Part shown: positions 11,037-20,115 of the stretch, piece by piece
Numbering within the stretch: the first letter of the stretch is position 1
Layout: each line of letters begins with the position of its first letter
Source of the DNA: Enhygromyxa sp.
GTDB taxonomy: Bacteria; Myxococcota_A; Polyangia; Nannocystales; Nannocystaceae
Direction: 5' to 3'
Assembly (NCBI GenBank): GCA_046484755.1
Contig: JAWOII010000104.1
Location: 1-64,000, forward strand
Length of the DNA stretch: 64,000 nt
Translations under genes and position numbers: made by a program
The notes under the pieces: model-generated
Told to the model about the DNA's origin: nothing
What the model saw: only the letters and a program-made list of their open reading frames with translations
The model's database searches: none

Positions 11037-11672
11037 TCAGGCCCGACGCAAGGCCGGGTTGAGGGTGTAGGTGCCGACCCAGGTGGCCTGGTCGAGCACG
11101 TGACCTTTGATCGCCTCGAGCACCTGCTGACCGGTGAAGCTGCCCGAGAGCCCGAGGCTCTCGACGTCGAGGGCGTAGATCGTGAAGTGGTAGTGGTGCA
11201 CGATCTCGTCGTTCCACGGCGGGCAGGGGCCGTCATAGCCACCATAGTCGCCCTTCATGGCCTCGTCGCTGGCGAACCAGCCAGTGTAGTCATTGATCCC
11301 CTGCACACCCTGATTGCGGGGAGCCGGACCCGGGGCCTTGCCGCGGGCGGTCACGCCCTCGCTGTGCGAGCCGGCCTCGATCTTGTTGAGATCCGGGGGG
11401 AGGTCGATCAGCACCCAGTGAAAGAAGTCGACCCGCGGGAGATCGGCGGGGACCGTGCGGCCCTCTTGGTTGACGTCGTCGCCCTTCGAGGGGACGTCGG
11501 GATCGTGGCAAACCAGCACAAAGGAGCGCGTGTCCGCCGGCGCGTCGGACCAGACCAGGTGGGGGTTGCGGTTGGGGGCCAGGGCGACGTGGCCCTCGTC
11601 GGCCGGGACGCAAAACGCGAACTCGCCGGGGATCGGGCCGTCGTTGGGGAAGGAGTCGCTTCGCAGCTGCAT
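11037..11672 (-). CDS. YbhB/YbcL family phosphatidylethanolamine-binding protein (PEBP, Raf-kinase-inhibitor-like)
   Basis: Start ATG 11672 (MQLRSDSF). Conserved CHDPDVP and HHYHFTIYALD motifs. Confidence 0.8.
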   Translation of the reverse strand: MQLRSDSFPNDGPIPGEFAFCVPADEGHVALAPNRNPHLVWSDAPADTRSFVLVCHDPDVPSKGDDVNQEGRTVPADLPRVDFFHWVLIDLPPDLNKIEAGSHSEGVTARGKAPGPAPRNQGVQGINDYTGWFASDEAMKGDYGGYDGPCPPWNDEIVHHYHFTIYALDVESLGLSGSFTGQQVLEAIKGHVLDQATWVGTYTLNPALRRA

Positions 11673-11752
11673 CGCCTGCGAGGGTAAGAGCGGCGGGCGG
11701 GGCTCGACAAGCGATCGTCGGCCGCGCCCGTCTTGCCGGACACTCGCAGCCG

Positions 11753-12370
11753 TCAGGAGGTCCGGGCCTCGAGCTCGGCGCGGCTGTTGACGATGTGATC
11801 GACGAGGCCGTAGTCCTTGGCCTCGCTCGCGCTCAGCCAAAAGTCGCGGTCGCTGTCCTTGTCGACCTCCTCGAGCTTGCGACCGGTGGTCTCGGCGATG
11901 ATCTCGTTGTAGCGGCGCCGGAGCTTGATGATCTGCTTGGCGGCGATGTCGATCTCGACCGAGCGCCCGCGGATCATGGTCGAGGGCTGGTGGAGCAGGA
12001 AGCGGGCGTTGGGCAGGCAGTAGCGCTGGCCCTTGGGCGCGCCGAGGTAGATGAGCACGGCCGCCGACGCGACCACCCCGTTGGCGACCGTCCGCACCGG
12101 CGAGGAGGTGAAGCGCAGCAGATCGTAGATCGCAAAGCCCGAGTCGGCCGAGCCGCCCGGCGAGTTGACGAACACCGTGACCGGACGCTTGGGCTCACCG
12201 GGCTCCTCGAGCTGCTCGAGCAGGATCAGCGACGAGGCGACCTTGCGATACATCTCGTCGGAGACCTCGTCGGTGACGAGGATCGTCCGGGCCTCGAGCA
12301 TCTTCTCTTGCAGGCGCAGCCCCTCGTTCTTGTCCTTGCCGGCCTTGTCGTTGTCGTCCAGTCGGGTCAT
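11753..12370 (-). CDS. clpP: ClpP-family serine protease subunit, an orphan paralog with no adjacent clpX
   Basis: Start ATG 12370 (MTRLDDN). Catalytic triad context conserved: NSPGGS, LHQP, DSDRDFWLSA. Confidence 0.8.
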   Translation of the reverse strand: MTRLDDNDKAGKDKNEGLRLQEKMLEARTILVTDEVSDEMYRKVASSLILLEQLEEPGEPKRPVTVFVNSPGGSADSGFAIYDLLRFTSSPVRTVANGVVASAAVLIYLGAPKGQRYCLPNARFLLHQPSTMIRGRSVEIDIAAKQIIKLRRRYNEIIAETTGRKLEEVDKDSDRDFWLSASEAKDYGLVDHIVNSRAELEARTS

Positions 12371-12428
12371 GGCCGGGGACGCTAGCACGAGCGGGGGCGG
12401 CTGCCGATCGTCTGGTTGGGCGGGAGGA

Positions 12429-12884
12429 TCAGTGGCTGGGTGCGGATTGCTCACGGAGCTCGGCACGCAGCTGCATGAGCAGGACGCCCAGGCGGTTCTT
12501 CCCGCTCCCGTCGCCGCCGTCGGCCCAGTAGCTGTCGTTCCTGGTGTGCTCGACCAGCTCGGCGTCGGCCGTGCTCAGCAGCCGTCGGGCGAGCCGCGGG
12601 TGCTGAGCGAACTTGGCTCGCAGCGCGCGGAGCATCACGTCTTCCTTGACCTGCTCCCAGTCGCTGCGCAGGCCGGGCAGTCGGCGCCCGAGCCGGGCGG
12701 CGTCGCCGGGCTTTTTGGTCTCGCGGATCCGCGTTTGGAGCTCTGGCTCGCTGAATTTCTGCGCCTGAAAGTAGTGCTCGGTGGTCGGCCAGCGCTGCCC
12801 GTCGAGCTCGATCGGGTGCGGGGAGAAATTCGAGAATTCACCCCACGCGTCGCCTTGTCGGTAAAATCGAATGACCTCGGCCAT
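12429..12884 (-). CDS. NADAR / YbiA family (DUF1768) N-glycosidase / ADP-ribose-processing domain protein
   Basis: Near-colinear with E. coli YbiA as I recall it: FSNFSPHPI..WPTTEHYFQAQKF and LVEHTRNDSYWADGGDGSGKNRLG. Confidence 0.85.
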   Translation of the reverse strand: MAEVIRFYRQGDAWGEFSNFSPHPIELDGQRWPTTEHYFQAQKFSEPELQTRIRETKKPGDAARLGRRLPGLRSDWEQVKEDVMLRALRAKFAQHPRLARRLLSTADAELVEHTRNDSYWADGGDGSGKNRLGVLLMQLRAELREQSAPSH

Positions 12885-12959
12885 GGCCGGCAGAGTGTGA
12901 TCGAGACACGATGCCGGCGCAAGGCCGAGGTCGCGGTGTTCGGGTCGGCTCGACCCGGA

Positions 12960-13988
12960 TCAGCCGAGGTCGCCGATCAGCGCCCTGCGAAAGAAGGTCT
13001 TGGCCGCCTCGTTGATCGGCCTGGCGACCTGCTTCCACTCGAGCTCGCTGTGCTCGAGCTCGGCGGCACATTCGCGGCGGATATCGGCCGCGAGCCACTG
13101 GAGGTAGGCGCCGAGGCTGCGCATCTCGACGGCGAGGCCCTGCTCGCGCAGGTAGTCGAGGCCCTGGGCGAGGCGCGGGCCGGTGACCGCGTAGGCGACG
13201 AAGGCCTCGACGCTGGCGAGCTGCTCGGGGTCGAGGAGCGAGCCCTTGCGCTGGGACTTGGGCTTGCGCGCGGCGACCTGGTGGCGGGTGCCCTTGCTCT
13301 TGAAGAACAGCTCGCTGTCGCCGAAGTGCCGGTCGAGGGGCTGCCAGACGATCCCCTCGCCGACGCCCGCGACCCCGAAGCGGGCCGCCCACGGGCAGCG
13401 CTCGTCGATCTTGGCGGTCGCCTCCTCGATCGCGTCGGCGGCGAGCTCGAGCGCGGCCCGGGAGCCGAAGTCGAGCTCGAGGCTGTACTGTGGGCCGTCG
13501 GCGATCGAGTAGATGCCGAGCTCTGCGAAGCGATCGCCGAGGCTCGGCAGCTCGAAGTACTGCTTGCGATCCTCGTCCTCCCCGCGGGTCGCGACCGCGA
13601 ACAGCACCCACTGACGCCCGGAGAGCTCGGCCACGCCGACGCCCTTTTGCACCCCCGGGCCGATCCACTCGCCGAACAGCGCGAGCGGCTGCTCGCGCTC
13701 GAGCCTGGTGAGCTCGCGCAGCTCCGCCTCGAGCTCGCGGACCGCCGCGACGGTCGGCTCGGCCAGGGCGAAGCCGGCGAAGCCGAGGTTGTCGTCCTCG
13801 GGCGTGATCTCGCGGTTGCGCGACTGAGCCCGGAGGCCGTCGGGTCGACAGACGATCGCGGCGTTGCTGCCGTGGAGCTTGACCCGACCGCGGTAGCGGA
13901 CTCGCTCGATCTCCACGCCGAATTCGCGGCGCGCGTTGACGACCTGCACGACGTTGTGCAGCTGACCAATGTGACTGAACTTGATCAT
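12960..13988 (-). CDS. ATP-dependent RNA ligase, Rnl2 / DRB0094-like nucleotidyltransferase
   Basis: Motif I KLHGSNAAI (KxHGxN); motif IV-like FGEWIGPG; motif V-like FFKSKG. Start ATG 13988 (MIKFSH); alternative start ATG 14009. Confidence 0.65.
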   Translation of the reverse strand: MIKFSHIGQLHNVVQVVNARREFGVEIERVRYRGRVKLHGSNAAIVCRPDGLRAQSRNREITPEDDNLGFAGFALAEPTVAAVRELEAELRELTRLEREQPLALFGEWIGPGVQKGVGVAELSGRQWVLFAVATRGEDEDRKQYFELPSLGDRFAELGIYSIADGPQYSLELDFGSRAALELAADAIEEATAKIDERCPWAARFGVAGVGEGIVWQPLDRHFGDSELFFKSKGTRHQVAARKPKSQRKGSLLDPEQLASVEAFVAYAVTGPRLAQGLDYLREQGLAVEMRSLGAYLQWLAADIRRECAAELEHSELEWKQVARPINEAAKTFFRRALIGDLG

Positions 13989-14228
13989 GACAATCCTCCG
14001 GACTTGCACTGCCCAAGGAACTGGGCTCGACTCGAGCCGCGACTACCAAGAAAGGTTCGTGCCGGCGGGTTGCGCGACAGCTGGTCGCCGACGCGATCAC
14101 TTTCGTCCATCGCGGGTTCGCCTTCCCGGCGAGTGCCGGCACTCACTCCACCAAACGCGCGGAGTGTGGCCCGAGCGATCGCGGCTGTCAAACCGGAGCC
14201 GACGGGCGCAGCCGAAGGCCGCCCGCAG

Positions 14229-14846
14229 TCAGTCTCGCCGCCGGGTCTGGCCGGGTCCGAGCTCGCCGAACTCGATCGCCGAGATCAGCTCGCCGAGCCG
14301 CTTGCGCGCGTGGGAGAGCCGGCTGCCGACGGTGCCGACGGGGATCCCCAGGGTCGCGGCGATCTCGGTGCGCGAGCGCTCTCGCCAGTAAAAGTCGGAA
14401 AGCAGCAGCTGTGAATCTTGGGGGAGCTGCCGCAGCGCGGTCGCTAGCAGGTCCGCGCTCTCGCTCACTTCGATCGCTCGCAGCGGCGCGTCGGAGCGCT
14501 CGCAGGCGTATTGCTCCGGATCGTCGACGAGCTCGACCCGGCCGCGGGAGCGCGCGCTGCTGCGAAAGTGATCGTGGAGCCGGTTGCGGGCGATCGCGAG
14601 GACCCAGGGGCGGAAGCACTCGGGCCGCGACAGCGTCGAGAGCCGGGCGAAGCAGCCGAGCATGGTCGCCTGCGTGAGATCGTCGACGGTGTCGGCTGCG
14701 GCGATCCGCCGGGCGAACACCTCGCGCACGGCGTCGATGTGGCGTCGAGCCAGGCGCCCGGACGCGCGCGCGTCACCGGCGAGCGCGCGTTCGACCAGCT
14801 CGGCGTCGGTGTCGGTGTCGGTGTCAATGTCGTGGAGCTTGGTCAT
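14229..14846 (-). CDS. ECF-type RNA polymerase sigma-70 factor
   Basis: Sigma-70 regions 2 and 4 are recognisable (DLTQATMLGCF, and ATLGIPVGTVGSRLSHARKRL). Start ATG 14846 (MTKLHDID). Confidence 0.8.
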   Translation of the reverse strand: MTKLHDIDTDTDTDAELVERALAGDARASGRLARRHIDAVREVFARRIAAADTVDDLTQATMLGCFARLSTLSRPECFRPWVLAIARNRLHDHFRSSARSRGRVELVDDPEQYACERSDAPLRAIEVSESADLLATALRQLPQDSQLLLSDFYWRERSRTEIAATLGIPVGTVGSRLSHARKRLGELISAIEFGELGPGQTRRRD

Positions 14847-14882
14847 GGTCGCAGGGCCTCGGTCACAATCCGGACGCTGCAA

Positions 14883-15407
14883 TCAGTCGTGTCGAGTCGG
14901 TCGAAGAGTGAGCTGGTCGCTGGCGACTCCGAAACAAAGCGAGCGAGGCCGGGAGCCCAGCGACCAGGAGAGCTCGCAGGTGTCGCGGGCGAGCGGAAAG
15001 GAGGTCGGCGATCCGGCCCCGATCGCAACGACCAGATCCGTGGGGGTCCCGCTTCGGCGCACCCAAAGCGGCGCGCGTGGACCATCGACCCGAGCGCCAC
15101 CGAGCAGCCGGATCGGCTCGACCCAGGCCCCATGGCGCACCGCCAACACGATCGGCGGGAGCCGCCGCTCGACCTCGAGCCGCGTGTTCAACTCCAGCCG
15201 CTCGGGCTCGTGCAGCTCGATCCGGATCAGACCGGCCGCGATCGTGACGGTCAGCATCGAGTCCTGCGGTCGACCGCTCGGGGCGACGTCGAACTGCGGC
15301 GCCTCGGGCTCGAGCTCGATTAGGTCGACGATCGAGTCGACGCGCTCGTGTTTGTACCAAAGGCTCAAGGGAGTGGCAGCCAGGGGACGGGGGTGCGGTG
15401 CGCTCAT
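14883..15407 (-). CDS. Hypothetical protein, probably co-transcribed immediately upstream of the ECF sigma gene
   Basis: GC3-biased ORF with ATG at 15407 (MSAPHPRPL); the listed ORF starts at TTG 15443. There is a 36-nt gap to the sigma gene. I recognise no domain. Confidence 0.4.
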   Translation of the reverse strand: MSAPHPRPLAATPLSLWYKHERVDSIVDLIELEPEAPQFDVAPSGRPQDSMLTVTIAAGLIRIELHEPERLELNTRLEVERRLPPIVLAVRHGAWVEPIRLLGGARVDGPRAPLWVRRSGTPTDLVVAIGAGSPTSFPLARDTCELSWSLGSRPRSLCFGVASDQLTLRPTRHD

Positions 15408-15604
15408 GCTCGTCACTCGTGCTGATAAACTCGACAGCAACAATGTCGTCGGCCACCCGCTCCCCGTTCGTATCTCAGCGGAATTTTTTCACTCTGTCGA
15501 TTGTGGCGAATCGGGGCAGGTGTCCAAACATCAACAATGGTGTGGTTATTTGGTTCTGCTCGCCTCACGCTCGTAATCTGGGCCTCCTGCGTGAATGCCT
15601 GTGT

Positions 15605-15660
15605 TCACATGGCCACATGGGCATTGGCCATTGGGCCATGTCCATGATGGCAATGTGGCG
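15605..15660. promoter_or_regulatory. AT-richer island of clustered CATG/TGGCCA palindromes, upstream of the hypothetical-ECF sigma operon
   Basis: Sequence tcacatggccacatgggcattggccattgggccatgtccatgatggcaatgtggc: at least 6 CCAT/ATGG half-sites and 2 TGGCCA palindromes within 56 nt, set in a 70%-GC background. Confidence 0.35.
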
Positions 15661-15707
15661 ACGAGCCCCACGGGGTCCGACGGCCGCCCGACATCGGGCG
15701 AGCGATC

Positions 15708-16487
15708 TCAGCTCGGCTGTCGAGTGGCGCGCATCAGCAGGTCGTGGATCTGCACGTGGGCCGGGGCCTCGAGCATGTGCACGACCGAGCTGGCGACGTC
15801 GTCGGCCGACAGCACCTTGAACTTCGAGTAGGTCCGCCGGGCGTGCTCGAGGTCGCCGTGGGCGTAGGTTTGCGCGAACTCGGTCTCGACGTAGCCGGGG
15901 CTGATCGCCCCGACCCGGATGTCGCTGCCGAGCGCCCGCAGCTCGAGGCGCAGGCCTTCGATCAGCGAGCGGACCGCGAACTTGGTGGCCGAGTAGACGC
16001 CGCTGCCGGGCGGGACCCGGTGCGAGGCCATCGAGGCGATGTGGATCACGTGGCCGTCGTCGCCGCGCTCGCGCATGTCGGTCACGGCCTCGCGGGTGCA
16101 GATGCACAGCGCGAGCACGTTGAGCTCGAGCATCTCTCGCCAGTGCTCGGTCGCGCCCGAGCAAAGCGGCGCGTCGCGGCCGAGGCCGGCGTTGTTGATC
16201 AGCACGTCGACGCCGCCGAAGCGCTCGCGGATGGCCGCGAACAGCTCGAGGATCGCGGCCTCGTCGCGTAGATCACAGGGGTGGACGAGCAGCTCGGCGT
16301 CGGGGTCGGTGGCGAGGATCTCCTGGCGCAGGGTGGCGAGGCGCTCGGCTCGGCGGGCGCAGATGACCGTACGCATGCCGAGCTCGACGGCGAGCCGACT
16401 TGCGATGGCGCGGCCGATGCCGCTCGAGGCTCCGGTGACCAGCGCGACGCGGCCGCGCCAGCGGCTGTTCGACGAGGGCGAGGACAT
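15708..16487 (-). CDS. SDR family NAD(P)-dependent oxidoreductase
   Basis: TGASSGIGRA Rossmann motif; YSATK catalytic motif. Start ATG 16487. Confidence 0.85.
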   Translation of the reverse strand: MSSPSSNSRWRGRVALVTGASSGIGRAIASRLAVELGMRTVICARRAERLATLRQEILATDPDAELLVHPCDLRDEAAILELFAAIRERFGGVDVLINNAGLGRDAPLCSGATEHWREMLELNVLALCICTREAVTDMRERGDDGHVIHIASMASHRVPPGSGVYSATKFAVRSLIEGLRLELRALGSDIRVGAISPGYVETEFAQTYAHGDLEHARRTYSKFKVLSADDVASSVVHMLEAPAHVQIHDLLMRATRQPS

Positions 16488-16525
16488 GGCCCGGGTGTAC
16501 CGCAACTCGGCTCGACGCGGGCGAG

Positions 16526-17344
16526 GTGCTCGGCGACCATGCGGGCGTGCGCGCGTCCTCGCTGCTCGTGACCTGCTCGCTGTTCGTGCTCGCCTGCGCC
16601 GATCCGGCGAGCGGCGAGCCTACGCCTCGCTCGAGTCGCTCGGGCCCGGAGGCAGGGGGCGGGCCGGAGCTCGCCGAGGCCCAGCCGGTCGAGGAGTCGC
16701 CTGCTCCCGCGTCGGTCGTCGCCGAGCCCGAGCCGTCGTCGGCAGCCGAGGAGCCTTCGGTCGAGCTGCCCGCGGCCGAGGCCGAGGCCGAGGCCGAGCC
16801 CGCGCCGAGCGAGCTCGAAGCCGAAGCTGCGCCCGCCGATCCGCTCGCGCCGATCCTGCCCTCGGGCCCCGAGCCCGGCAGCCCCGAGGCCGCCGCCGAG
16901 CTCGCCGAGCTGCTCGAGGAGTCGACGCTCACCCAAGAGGAGTTCGACGCGGCCTTTCGCAAGAACAAGCCGAAGATCGCCGGCGATCAGTTCGTGTTCG
17001 GCCCCGGCGACCGCACGCGCAAGCGCCCGGTGGTCGGGCTCGGCACCCCGAAGATCAAGGGCTCCACGATCGCGGCCGCCGAGCTCACCGAGCTCGCCAA
17101 GGCTCACGAGCGCGGCTTCGAGGGCTGCCTCGCGGTCGCGCTGGTGGACAAGCCCGAGCTCTCGACCTCGGTGACCTTGAAGGTCGGCTTCGACGCCAAG
17201 GGCGAGGTCGACGAGGCCAAGATCGAAGGCGGTGCGGCCGGCGCGGCGTTGCGCGAGTGCCTGGCCGCGGTCGCCCGCAACTGGAGCCTCGCGGGCGCGG
17301 CCGGAGCCAGCGTCGAGCTGTTGCTTTCGCTGCGCAGCGAGTAG
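16526..17344 (+). CDS. Low-complexity (Ala/Glu/Pro-rich) lipoprotein, hypothetical
   Basis: Signal peptide plus lipobox LACAD; GC3 bias; no recognisable domain. Confidence 0.5.
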   Translation: MLGDHAGVRASSLLVTCSLFVLACADPASGEPTPRSSRSGPEAGGGPELAEAQPVEESPAPASVVAEPEPSSAAEEPSVELPAAEAEAEAEPAPSELEAEAAPADPLAPILPSGPEPGSPEAAAELAELLEESTLTQEEFDAAFRKNKPKIAGDQFVFGPGDRTRKRPVVGLGTPKIKGSTIAAAELTELAKAHERGFEGCLAVALVDKPELSTSVTLKVGFDAKGEVDEAKIEGGAAGAALRECLAAVARNWSLAGAAGASVELLLSLRSE

Positions 17345-17357
17345 CAAGCTCGGGGTA

Positions 17358-17756
17358 ATGGAGCACCTCAGCGAGGAGCAGATCGGGATCTTGCGGGCCA
17401 AGCTCGAGGCCGAGGTTGCGGAGCTGACCGACCGGCTCAACAGCGACGCGCAGGAGCTGGTCGAGAACATCAACCCCGATCCCGGCGACATCGAGGACTC
17501 GGCGGCGGCCGATGCGATGCGCTTTCGCAGCAAGAGCCTGCTCGATCGGGATCGAGCTCGACTCGCCGAGGTCGAGGCGGCCCTCGATCGGCTCGAGGCC
17601 GGGGCCTACGGGATCTGCGAGGACAGCGACGAGCCGATCCCCTTTCGCCGCCTCGAGGCCGAGCCGACCACCCGCTACACGGTCGAGGCCCTCGAGGCCC
17701 GCGAAGGCGAGAGCCCCGAGCGCGAGCCGCCGGGCGAGGGACCGGGCGGGTACTGA
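17358..17756 (+). CDS. DksA/TraR-family regulator
   Basis: Start ATG 17358 (MEHLSEEQIGILRAKLEAE), inside listed ORF 17232..17756. Coiled-coil N-terminus and a C-terminal zinc-finger-like segment, with only one Cys retained. Confidence 0.65.
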   Translation: MEHLSEEQIGILRAKLEAEVAELTDRLNSDAQELVENINPDPGDIEDSAAADAMRFRSKSLLDRDRARLAEVEAALDRLEAGAYGICEDSDEPIPFRRLEAEPTTRYTVEALEAREGESPEREPPGEGPGGY

Positions 17757-17757
17757 G

Positions 17758-18807
17758 ATGGGCGGACGAATTGCGGGGCTGTTCGGCGCGCTCCTGCTGA
17801 CGGGCGCCTGCGAGCGGATGACGCCGCCGCCGGCTCACGAGCGCGAGTCGGCCAAGGCATCCGCGGCCGAGACCAAGACCGAGCCGAGCAAAAAAGCCGA
17901 GGCCGAGGCCTCGCCTGCGCGCAAGGCTGCCGGCCCGAGTCCGGGGGAGCTGCCCGCATCCGGCGATCGCTTCCCCGCGCCTGCGCGGCTGGTGGCGATC
18001 GGGGATCTCCACGGCGACCTCGCGGCCGCCCGCAGGGCCCTCCGCCTGGCCGGGGCGATCGACGAGGACGATCGCTGGATCGGCGGCGAGCTGGTCGTGG
18101 TCCAGACCGGCGATCAGCTCGATCGCGGCGACGACGAGCAGGCGATCCTCGAGCTGCTCGCCAAGATCCAGCGCGAGGCGGCCGAGGCCGGCGGGGCCCT
18201 GCACATCCTCAACGGCAACCACGAGTTCATGAACGCCCTCGGGGATCTGCGCTACGTGACAACCGGGGGGCTCGCCGACTTCGCCGACGCCCCCGGGGTC
18301 GACCCCGACACGCCCGAGCTCGCGCCGCTGATGGCCAAGGTCCCCGAGCCTGCGCGCCCGCGGGTCGCCGCGTTTTGGCCCGGTCAGCCGTGGGCCCGCG
18401 AGCTCGCCAAGCGCAACGTCGCGGTCGTGGTCGGCGACAGCGTGTTCGTCCACGGCGGGCTCACGCCCGCGTGGGCCGGGCAGATCAGGTCGATCAACGA
18501 GCAGGCCCGGGCCTGGCTCAGCGGCGAACGCAGCGAGCCGCCGGCCGCGATCGTCGATCCCGACGGGCCGGTGTGGAGCCGCCACTACTCCGACAACCCC
18601 GGCGAGCAAGAGTGCGAGATGCTCGGCGAGGCGCTCGCGACCATCGGCGTGGCGCGGATGGTCGTCGGGCACACGGTCCACACCGAAGGGATCCGCTCGG
18701 CCTGCGAGGAGCGGGTGTGGATGGTCGACGTGGGCATGGCCGCGTACTACGGCGGGCCGGTCGAGGTCCTGGAGATCCGCGGCGAGCAGGTCTCGGTGCT
18801 GCGCTGA
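17758..18807 (+). CDS. Metallophosphoesterase (calcineurin-like / Shelph-type phosphatase) lipoprotein
   Basis: Start ATG 17758, 1 nt after the dksA-like stop (MGGRIAGLFGALLLTGAC lipobox). Motifs GDLHGD, GDQLDRG, GNHE. Confidence 0.8.
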   Translation: MGGRIAGLFGALLLTGACERMTPPPAHERESAKASAAETKTEPSKKAEAEASPARKAAGPSPGELPASGDRFPAPARLVAIGDLHGDLAAARRALRLAGAIDEDDRWIGGELVVVQTGDQLDRGDDEQAILELLAKIQREAAEAGGALHILNGNHEFMNALGDLRYVTTGGLADFADAPGVDPDTPELAPLMAKVPEPARPRVAAFWPGQPWARELAKRNVAVVVGDSVFVHGGLTPAWAGQIRSINEQARAWLSGERSEPPAAIVDPDGPVWSRHYSDNPGEQECEMLGEALATIGVARMVVGHTVHTEGIRSACEERVWMVDVGMAAYYGGPVEVLEIRGEQVSVLR

Positions 18808-18823
18808 GCCGCTCGCGTGCTCG

Positions 18824-19663
18824 TCACCGCTCGATACGTAGCTTGACCAGCCCCGACTCCGACTCGGGCTCGGCCTCGGGGAGCTCGCGCCCGAGCCACA
18901 CCCGAGCGACCTCGCGGTCGAGCAAGTGGCTGGGATGCACGTTGCGCAGCGCGTTGAGCATGACCGCGCGCACGTGGGGGTTGTCGGCCGCCATCGAGTC
19001 GATCAAGCCCCGCATCTTCTCGCGCCGCAGGTTGTCCTGCGAGCCACACAGGTTGCAGGGCAAGATCGGATACTCGGCCCAGCTCGCGTGCTCGACGATG
19101 TCCGCCTCGGCGCACTCGATCAGCGGCCGGATCACCTCGAAGCGCCCGTCGTCGGTGGTGTACCAAGCCGGCATCGCCTGGAGCTTGCCGGCGTAAAACA
19201 GGTTCATCAGCAGGGTCTCGAGCGCGTCGTCGCGGTGGTGGCCGAGGGCGATCTTGTTGCAGCCGAGCCGCTCGGCGACGTTGTAGAGCACCCCGCGGCG
19301 CAGCCTCGAGCAGACCGCACAATAAGCCTTGCCGGCTGGGGTCAGGTCGACGACGGTCGAATAGGTGTCCTCGCGGACGATCTCGAAGGGCGCGCCAAAG
19401 TCCTCGAGCCAGCGGCGCAGGGCGGAGCCGTCGTAGCCGGGCTGGACCTGATCGAGGTGCACGGCGGTGACGCGAAACTCGATCGGCGCCTTCTTTTGCG
19501 CCCGGCACAGCAGGTCGAGGAGGGTGTAGCTGTCCTTGCCGCCCGAGACCGCGACCATCAAGTGATCGCCGGCCGCGATCAGCTGGTGATCGGCGATGGT
19601 CTTGCCCATCGCGCGGATCAGCCGCTTGCTCGCCAGCGGCCGCTCTCGTCGCTCGCTGCTCAC
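18824..19663 (-). CDS. ttcA: tRNA 2-thiocytidine(32) synthetase TtcA
   Basis: SGGKDS PP-loop motif and CxxC pairs. Probable GTG start at 19663, overlapping the yjbQ stop (GTGA). Alternative starts: ATG 19609 or ATG 19744. Confidence 0.85.
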   Translation of the reverse strand: MSSERRERPLASKRLIRAMGKTIADHQLIAAGDHLMVAVSGGKDSYTLLDLLCRAQKKAPIEFRVTAVHLDQVQPGYDGSALRRWLEDFGAPFEIVREDTYSTVVDLTPAGKAYCAVCSRLRRGVLYNVAERLGCNKIALGHHRDDALETLLMNLFYAGKLQAMPAWYTTDDGRFEVIRPLIECAEADIVEHASWAEYPILPCNLCGSQDNLRREKMRGLIDSMAADNPHVRAVMLNALRNVHPSHLLDREVARVWLGRELPEAEPESESGLVKLRIER

Positions 19664-20103
19664 GGTCGATCGTCCGGATCGCGGGTCTCGCCCTGCACGG
19701 TCACGCTCACCCGCCGCCCGTGGGCGGCGTGGCGGTGCTCCCACAAATAGATGCCCTGCCAGGTCCCGAGCGGCAGCTTGCCCTCGACCACTGGAAAGGT
19801 GATCGCGGTCTGGGTCAGGACGCTGCGGACGTGGGCGGGCATGTCGTCCTCGCCCTCGTCGGTGTGGCGAAACAGCGGGTCGCCGTCGGGCACCAGCTTG
19901 GCCAAGAAGCGCTCGAGGTCGCGGTGGACCTCGGGGTCGGCGTTCTCGCTGACGATCAGCGAGGCCGAGGTGTGGTGGATGAACACGTTACACAAGCCGA
20001 AGCGCACGCCCGACTTGGCCACCACCCGCTGCACGCGGCTGGTGATGTCGTAGGTCTCGCGGCCGGCGGTCGCGATGGTCAGGGTCTCGGCCCAGGTCGG
20101 CAT
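19660..20103 (-). CDS. YjbQ/UPF0047 family (secondary thiamine-phosphate synthase-like)
   Basis: Highly conserved block GLCNVFIHHTSASLIVSENADPEV...GTWQGIYLWEHR. Confidence 0.8.
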   Translation of the reverse strand: MPTWAETLTIATAGRETYDITSRVQRVVAKSGVRFGLCNVFIHHTSASLIVSENADPEVHRDLERFLAKLVPDGDPLFRHTDEGEDDMPAHVRSVLTQTAITFPVVEGKLPLGTWQGIYLWEHRHAAHGRRVSVTVQGETRDPDDRP

Positions 20104-20115
20104 CTGCGTCGTGGC

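Noticed and set aside
12165-14414. 749-aa plus-strand ORF across the NADAR / RNA-ligase region, together with the 434-aa ORF at 12838..14142 (-)
   Set aside because: Shadow frames. The real genes, NADAR and the RNA ligase, have clear family motifs on the minus strand in a different frame.
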